Source: a virus. Taken from it: DNA of 64,000 nucleotides. The notes beneath the pieces are model-generated. The model made no database searches. It was not told where the DNA came from and was given only the letters and a program-made list of their open reading frames with translations. The stretch spans positions 12,100 to 76,099 of IMG/VR virus record IMGVR_UViG_3300042384_001374. One strand, given 5' to 3'. The translations under genes and the position numbers were made by a program. How positions within the stretch are numbered: the stretch's first letter is position 1; every line of letters starts with the position of its first letter. Positions 58,427 to 64,000 of this stretch are shown piece by piece.

Positions 58427-58505
58427 GGTTTTCTTGCGGCAGTATGCAAATTACGGATGTCTTTACAAGAACGGAGTTTTTAGCCGTGGCTAAACAGAAT
58501 TTTAA

Positions 58506-59825
58506 TTACGAAGGAGCCACCGCAACAACAATTTGACTGGTGCCCGTGCTTTTGAGCCAGACCACTGGAGAAGCAGCCCCTTCTTGCGTGGAGGCCCCCA
58601 GCGCGGTCCAGCCGGTAGTTCCAACCGTCGAAGCGGTGAGGTTGCCCGTGTGCTGCGAGCCGATGGTGACGACCGCTCCGTTTGCGCTAGCGACAAACCC
58701 AGAGTCGGCCTCAAGCGCAGCGGCAAGCAGGATGGCCACTTCGTCGGCAGTAGCGTTGGGGGTCAAGGTGATAGGTAACCGTCGGTCGAAGGTTCCGGTC
58801 GGCGGCGTGGCTCCTGTGTCGGCTCCACCTGTCAGAGTGGCAGCCGAAAGAGTTAGCCCAGCACCAGTTTTTTCTAGGGTGATTTCATTACCCGAAACCC
58901 CCGGAGCGTCGGCGGTGAGGGTAATCACTCCAGAAGCTTCGTTGGAGGTGACTCCGGCGATAGCCTCGACCAGTGCTTCAAGTTGGCTAATATTGGAAAA
59001 CTGAAAAGCTCCCGGAGAGGAATCGATGTAAGAGAGCAGGGTGCCGTTCACCGTGACACTAGAAGTGTCCGTGCCTCCGGTCAAAGTGCCTCCGGAAATG
59101 GACATGGTGCCCGTGTTGCCAAGACCGAGCACCAGCGTGATGTTATTACCTGCGGTGCCAGGAGTGGCTGCGGTGAGATTGATGTTTGATCCAGCTACAA
59201 CAGAGTTCACGTCGGCCACATCCTCAATCCGCTCTTCAAGTTCGCCAATGTTGGAGAACTGAAAAGTCCCCGGAGAGGAAGCGACTTTGGTAAAAGTGGT
59301 GCCATTGACAATAATTGTATCACCATTGGCCGGAGCGCCGAAGGTGATAATCCCCGTGGCGGCTAACCCCAAAGCTGGCGTCCCGTAGGTGATAGTGCCG
59401 GACGCTTTCACGCCTGCGTCGAACCAAGGCCAGACAATGTTACCTCCCACTCGAACACCTGGTTCGTGAAGCACCAGATATTTACCGTTAAGCGATCCGT
59501 TCACGTCAGCTTGGGTGGTCAAGGTGGTGACTTCGCGGAGACCCTCCACATCGAGACGCAGCAGAGTGGACTCTCCCGCTTCCTGCAAGCGGAAGGGGTA
59601 GGTCGAGCCACCAATGCCGATCTTGATGGGGTCACCGGAGACCAGTTTGATGCACACCACCTTGGGGGTAATAATGTCCCCAAGATCGACGGCTTCGTCA
59701 GTGGTGGTGACCGTCACCGCGTCGGTCGAAAACGAGGACTCGCCGCTGATGATTTGGGTGGCGGCGGTCATGTTGAGCCCGCTTTCAAGGTGGACGATGG
59801 CAAGTTGTGTTTGAATGGTGCTCAT
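58506..59825 (-). CDS. virion structural protein with duplicated beta-rich domain
   Basis: Thr/Gly-rich; internal repeat VNGT...SSPG.FQFSNI..LE...ITLTA..PG..GN.ITL. Confidence 0.7.
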   Translation of the reverse strand: MSTIQTQLAIVHLESGLNMTAATQIISGESSFSTDAVTVTTTDEAVDLGDIITPKVVCIKLVSGDPIKIGIGGSTYPFRLQEAGESTLLRLDVEGLREVTTLTTQADVNGSLNGKYLVLHEPGVRVGGNIVWPWFDAGVKASGTITYGTPALGLAATGIITFGAPANGDTIIVNGTTFTKVASSPGTFQFSNIGELEERIEDVADVNSVVAGSNINLTAATPGTAGNNITLVLGLGNTGTMSISGGTLTGGTDTSSVTVNGTLLSYIDSSPGAFQFSNISQLEALVEAIAGVTSNEASGVITLTADAPGVSGNEITLEKTGAGLTLSAATLTGGADTGATPPTGTFDRRLPITLTPNATADEVAILLAAALEADSGFVASANGAVVTIGSQHTGNLTASTVGTTGWTALGASTQEGAASPVVWLKSTGTSQIVVAVAPS

Positions 59826-60427
59826 TTGTTTGGGAAAGTTTCAAGGATTTCAAGCGTGTTGGTGATTGACCCGGAGGAGAAATCATCGTCAAAGTCTTGT
59901 TTGTGAGTTAGTTTTCTGCCAGTAAAAGTGATCGTAAACTCTGAGTTGATGAAAGGAAAATACCAATGACGGAAATAGAATTTGTTGCGGTGAATAAATA
60001 ACTCGTAGTCGTATTGGGAATTGGCCGGAGGAAGGTTGCCAGTGGATTCTTCAAAGTAATTCCAGTAAAAACTATGATCAAAATCATTTAAAGGTCGCCG
60101 CATTTGATCTAGAAAATTTCTTGCCCGAATAAAAGGGAACCTGCCTTTGTTCTCCTCTTTCTCATCTCCGGCCAAAAACTTCCACTGAGTTTGAATCTGC
60201 TCAAAACTCGGGTCAATAGATGGTGATGGGTCTGCGGTGAACTCGTATTTAAGTAAGCGTCGTTTTACATTAAAGGCCCAATCACCCCAGTCTTTAGGGT
60301 CCATTTCTACAGGTCCCGCAGTTTCAAAACCAGTTAAACTGGTCGCTTCAAAATAAGCATCGCTGACCATACTGAAGGCTTTGCCTTTAGGGCAAAGAAG
60401 AATACCAGCGCCTTTCTTTATGTTCAT
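59822..60427 (-). CDS. hypothetical protein (low GC, aromatic-rich)
   Basis: Coupled ORF. Confidence 0.65.
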   Translation of the reverse strand: MNIKKGAGILLCPKGKAFSMVSDAYFEATSLTGFETAGPVEMDPKDWGDWAFNVKRRLLKYEFTADPSPSIDPSFEQIQTQWKFLAGDEKEENKGRFPFIRARNFLDQMRRPLNDFDHSFYWNYFEESTGNLPPANSQYDYELFIHRNKFYFRHWYFPFINSEFTITFTGRKLTHKQDFDDDFSSGSITNTLEILETFPNK

Positions 60428-60849
60428 TTAACTTCAGAGGGTGATGATTTACAAAGGACATCGGTTTGATAAATCTTGCCATTCTTCCAAAAAAAACACT
60501 TTAGTTCGACACTAATTGGAACATCCTTGGCTTTGCCACCCGGTTGAGGCAGTGCGGCACCTGGCAGGTTAGCGCTGCGGCGGGCACCGAGCTCTTCGCG
60601 GCGGTGCTTGCTCAGCGGGCGGGCGTCACCTTCGCGGCGGTTGTCGCTGGCGTAGCGTTCAAGCTCGTTGCTTTTGGTGCGTTCGTCCCGCTCGCGTTGC
60701 AGCCGCTCGCGTGTGTCTTCCGGCGTGGAAGGCTGGTCGGTCTTGCCATCGAGCACGGCGAGCCGCTGCAAGGCCCCGGAGAGTTCGGCGCGGAGCTTGT
60801 CGAGTTCGGCGTTGACCGGGGCTAGGGCGTTGGCGACTTCATTTTCCAT
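60424..60849 (-). CDS. hypothetical protein
   Basis: Coupled ORF with coiled coil. Confidence 0.65.
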   Translation of the reverse strand: MENEVANALAPVNAELDKLRAELSGALQRLAVLDGKTDQPSTPEDTRERLQRERDERTKSNELERYASDNRREGDARPLSKHRREELGARRSANLPGAALPQPGGKAKDVPISVELKCFFWKNGKIYQTDVLCKSSPSEVK

Positions 60850-60852
60850 GGA

Positions 60853-62487
60853 TCAGGCGAGGTTGTCGGCGTTGAACACTTCGACGGTGACAAAGGAATG
60901 GTTGTATTTGAACTGACGCACATTCATGTCCATTAGGTAAAAGCCGCTTTTGGGGATGGCAGTCGGCCCCTGAACAGCAGGCAACCGAGTCGGGGAAACC
61001 GCGCCGAAAGCGGTCCCCGAGGTGGTCTTGGTAGCGGTGATTGAGCCAACCAGCGTGTTGAACATGCTCATGAAGGCGGTGGCACTTACCGGTTGGATCT
61101 TTTGGGTGCCACCAGTGATGGTGATCTTGCCATGGATACACGGCGGAATTTGAACGCTGCCGTTGTTGAGGTTGAGCTGGAAGTTGTCGGAGGTGCCCCG
61201 ATCCGATCCTTGTGAGGTGATGCCTTCCTCGCTATTCCATGATCCTTCCAGTCCGATTTGGACGTTGCTGCTGACACTGACCGATTGCGCGACGGTGGAG
61301 ATGGTTTCCGACTCAGGCTTAAAAACGGGCCACAGTTTCACCGTGCTGCCAACAATGGTTGTGAGCTTGGCTAGAACCGCAGCGGTAGTGATCGGGTTAG
61401 GTAGGTAAATCTCAATCCGCTCGCCAAAAAGGTTACGGGAAGCAATGTCGCGAAACTTCAGTTGGATTTCCGGGGCGATGCTCGCCGAAGAATTGGCACT
61501 GTCGTCAGCGCTTTTGCTAAGAGAAAACGAATCCCCAGAAGCGGTTTTGAAAAAGAAATAATCCTGAGTGCCAATGCTGTATCCAGAGTTCCAAACTACG
61601 TTGATTGAAAGCAGCTCGCGGGGCAGGTCGTCAAGGTTGACGCGCACTGGATAACGGTTGACGTAGGCCGCAAGCGCCTCGGTGGGGGTGACTTCCACCA
61701 CTTTAAGCGAGCGGTCTTGGTTGACGATTTGGAAGGAAGTGTTGGCGGCGTTAAAGTCGCTGCCAACAGGAGGCGCGACGAATTTCTCGGTGCGCTTGAT
61801 CTGGGCGTTGAGTTGATCGTTCCACTCGGAAGCGGTAAGTTCCACCCACGTTGGAATGGTGCTGGTCTCCTTAATGCTCTTGCCATTACCAAGAGGTGAA
61901 ACGCTGGATCGGACAACTTGCAAACCAGAATCGGCGACGGTTCCATCAATAACCACAATCTCCGTCGTGTCCGCAATTTGCCGTTCGACGTAAGCTTGTT
62001 TCCCTACCAATGGTTCAGCATTCTCCGAGATGACCTCGGTTACGGTGATCTTCAACGCCTTGCCAGTATTGTCCTGCTGCTCGACGATTGAAGAAATCAA
62101 GTCGCCGATCATGGCCTCCGGAAGGGTTTCCGGAGTTACGTCATACTTCACTTTGGTTTGACTGACTTGACCACGAAACTTGGCGGGAATGAGGTTGTCG
62201 CGGGAGTTGCTGCGAGTGGTCCACGTTGGCGAAGTCTCCAAGTTTTGAAAAATCCAAAACAAGTCAGACGAATTTTTCATCGGCTCAAAGTCCACCAGAA
62301 CGTAACCGGGGAATAAATCCGACTCACGCTTGGCCAGCCCAATTTGGTCGATGGGCGTGCCCCACGGCTTGTTTGGATACTTTGTAGCCAAATTGGTCGA
62401 CATTAGCACCATCACAACGTGTTGGTTCACGTTAGGGTCCATGACCTCCACAATCCGCGGGGTGTTGAAGGGTGGGTCGTTGGCCAT
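60853..62487 (-). CDS. putative virion structural (tail) protein
   Basis: 544 aa, Ser/Thr-rich, beta-type. Confidence 0.65.
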   Translation of the reverse strand: MANDPPFNTPRIVEVMDPNVNQHVVMVLMSTNLATKYPNKPWGTPIDQIGLAKRESDLFPGYVLVDFEPMKNSSDLFWIFQNLETSPTWTTRSNSRDNLIPAKFRGQVSQTKVKYDVTPETLPEAMIGDLISSIVEQQDNTGKALKITVTEVISENAEPLVGKQAYVERQIADTTEIVVIDGTVADSGLQVVRSSVSPLGNGKSIKETSTIPTWVELTASEWNDQLNAQIKRTEKFVAPPVGSDFNAANTSFQIVNQDRSLKVVEVTPTEALAAYVNRYPVRVNLDDLPRELLSINVVWNSGYSIGTQDYFFFKTASGDSFSLSKSADDSANSSASIAPEIQLKFRDIASRNLFGERIEIYLPNPITTAAVLAKLTTIVGSTVKLWPVFKPESETISTVAQSVSVSSNVQIGLEGSWNSEEGITSQGSDRGTSDNFQLNLNNGSVQIPPCIHGKITITGGTQKIQPVSATAFMSMFNTLVGSITATKTTSGTAFGAVSPTRLPAVQGPTAIPKSGFYLMDMNVRQFKYNHSFVTVEVFNADNLA

Positions 62488-62529
62488 GAGGAAGTGTTAC
62501 GGGATTTCGGACTTCTTGGGAAGGCTGAA

Positions 62530-63084
62530 TTATGCCTCGTTGCTGGAGATGGCCCCGGAGGCTGCGACGTGGAACGGGCGGCAGGCACCCGGTGTTACTG
62601 AGTAGGGCGGGCGACGGGCGGCGAGCAGGCGACTCTTGTTGATCCGGTTGATGCACACCTTGTTGCTCTGGTTCCCACCGATGACGTGGTAGGCGGTGGC
62701 GTCCTCGGCGATGTAGAAGCCGACGTGGCCACCACTGCCACGGGCGAACACCAACACGTCGCCCAGCGAGGGCTGCGGCGATTTGTATCCATATTTGCTC
62801 CAGTTACGCGCCCACAGCGGGTTGGCGACCACCTCGGCCGGGTGCTTGAGGCGACGCAACGTGATGATGGCGGCAAACAGGCCGCACCACGGGATGTCGT
62901 CGTCGCTGAAGCCTGAGACCTTGACCCCGGCTTGGTTCAGTTCATCCCTCCAGCCGATGATGGTGCGGTTGCTGCCCTTGCCGACCACCTCGGCGGTGCC
63001 GTGTTCGGCGAGCGCGAGCTTGATGGTGTTGGGCAGGCCGCGCAGTTTGAGGAGCCATTGATATCGGGGCGGGAGGGTTATCAT
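62530..63084 (-). CDS. endolysin, TIGR02594/CHAP-like cysteine peptidase
   Basis: DDIPWCGLF...ARNW...GDVLVF.R..GGHVGF...VIGGNQSN; real start MITLPP. Confidence 0.85.
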   Translation of the reverse strand: MITLPPRYQWLLKLRGLPNTIKLALAEHGTAEVVGKGSNRTIIGWRDELNQAGVKVSGFSDDDIPWCGLFAAIITLRRLKHPAEVVANPLWARNWSKYGYKSPQPSLGDVLVFARGSGGHVGFYIAEDATAYHVIGGNQSNKVCINRINKSRLLAARRPPYSVTPGACRPFHVAASGAISSNEA

Positions 63085-63158
63085 AGGAGGAGGATGAACA
63101 TGACAATGCAGGACCAGAACAGCAGGCAATAGAGGATGCTTTTGCCGAGGCTGGTCAT
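63081..63158 (-). CDS. 25-aa hydrophobic peptide (possible lysis membrane peptide)
   Basis: MTSLGKSILYCLLFWSCIVMFILLL, with ATGA overlaps to both neighbours. Confidence 0.55.
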   Translation of the reverse strand: MTSLGKSILYCLLFWSCIVMFILLL

Positions 63159-63583
63159 GGCTCGGGTTGCGGCTCCGGTTCCGGTTCCACCTCTGGTTCT
63201 GGTTCCGCCGCGAAATCGACCACCGAGAACACGCCATCGGCCAGCACAATCTCCCGCCGTTGTTCCGCGAGCTTTTCCGACAGCGGGCGGGTATCGACGC
63301 TGGCACTAACGGGCGGGATGCCGGATGCGGAGAGCACGGCGTTGATTCCGCCGATGAGTTGGTTGAGTCCCTCGCCCTGCGCGGCGTGCGAGCTGGTGAG
63401 CGCCTCCATCTCAGCGGGGCCGAGGTCGTTACCGAACGCCGCGAGCAGGTCATTCGGCATGCCGAGGATCGTGCGATTGATGCCGTTGAGTTGGCCAGCG
63501 GCGGCGGCGTAGTGCGAGCGGGCGTTGACGGCGGCGTCAGCCATCTGTGCGGCGGCGAGGGTGGTGGGGGTTTGGAGTGGCAT
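63155..63583 (-). CDS. hypothetical protein with PE-repeat tail
   Basis: Ala-rich ORF downstream of the fibre gene. Confidence 0.65.
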   Translation of the reverse strand: MPLQTPTTLAAAQMADAAVNARSHYAAAAGQLNGINRTILGMPNDLLAAFGNDLGPAEMEALTSSHAAQGEGLNQLIGGINAVLSASGIPPVSASVDTRPLSEKLAEQRREIVLADGVFSVVDFAAEPEPEVEPEPEPQPEP

Positions 63584-63609
63584 GGTGTTAGTTTAGCTTG
63601 AAGATATTT

Positions 63610-64000
63610 TTACCAAGCGAGCGCAATGCGCGTCCATGTGTTGGTCGCTGTGCAGACATAGAGGTAATTCGCATCCCGGACGATGGTTCCGGCGACTCCG
63701 GTGGCGATTGCACTGGCAGGGGTGGTTGATGTCGGCAGGATAATGGAGCCGCTGGCGGTGAGGTTGGCGGTTTCTATTGTGCAGGTATCCCAGCCCGCAT
63801 TGCTTCTGAATCTAACAAGACCGTCCGAGGGTGATGATACGGCTGACCTACTTCCCCCGTTAAATGTGATAGCTCCTGCGGATAAAGTTGCACTAACGGT
63901 GGCGTTTCCAGTGGTGGTTGTGGCCCAAGTCCCAGCGCTAGGAACGCTGAATTGCGTCGCCCCCGCCCTCTGCAAATTTGTAGGTCCATTCGCCGTAACC
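63610..64000 (-). CDS. tail fibre-like protein, C-terminal part
   Basis: Ends TPAS..ATG..GTI..D.NYLYVC.ATNTW.R..L.W, a common fibre C-terminal module. Confidence 0.65.
   Translation of the reverse strand, partial: VTANGPTNLQRAGATQFSVPSAGTWATTTTGNATVSATLSAGAITFNGGSRSAVSSPSDGLVRFRSNAGWDTCTIETANLTASGSIILPTSTTPASAIATGVAGTIVRDANYLYVCTATNTWTRIALAW

Larger units (their letters stand above)
323..58495. repeat. dispersed 18-bp palindrome family TTTTAGCCRYRRCTAAAA (about 30 copies)
   Basis: Copies start at 323, 3252, 3916, 5083, 6805, 8514, 9947, 11154, 12845, 14699, 15628, 19125, 20692, 22805, 23961, 25311, 26401, 28234, 29468, 31461, 33052, 33905, 38582, 41825, 43619, 47882, 51395, 55977, 57750, 58478. 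Confidence 0.9.

Noticed and set aside
323-58495. 18-bp palindromes as CRISPR repeats
   Set aside because: They are separated by hundreds to thousands of bp of genes, not 30-40 bp spacers; no cas operon is present.
62530-63453. 307-aa endolysin as given in the ORF track
   Set aside because: The N-terminal extension overlaps two better genes; the real start is probably 63084.

Overview
A 64-kb segment of a tailed dsDNA bacteriophage genome. A podovirus-like build is inferred from a giant ejection-type protein and no obvious tape measure. Capsid, portal and DNA polymerase are not recognisable in this window, and A/C-rich leaders mostly lack Shine-Dalgarno motifs. Layout: 1-6.4 kb is minus-strand packaging genes (intein-containing TerL, probable TerS) interleaved with small plus-strand ORFs. 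6.5-38.6 kb is a plus-strand early/replication arm (tmRNA, structured RNAs, ERF recombinase, SSBs, Cas4-like nuclease, RuvC, DUF932, DnaB-like helicase, MazG, many small ORFs). 38.6-64 kb is a minus-strand virion/lysis arm (5280-aa multidomain protein, structural proteins, endolysin). Most notable: (1) At 35.5-38.5 kb there is an integron-like array of seven gene cassettes bounded by attC-geometry hairpins plus an attI-like simple site. The sites are inverted relative to the genes, so they supply start and stop codons, and no integrase is seen in the window. One cassette has an acr-aca-like layout. (2) The TerL intein has its HNH homing endonuclease encoded antisense inside an open intein frame. 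(3) About 30 dispersed copies of an 18-bp palindrome TTTTAGCCRYRRCTAAAA. (4) Seven N4-like triloop hairpin elements that may be phage promoters. All calls were made by eye, without database searches.
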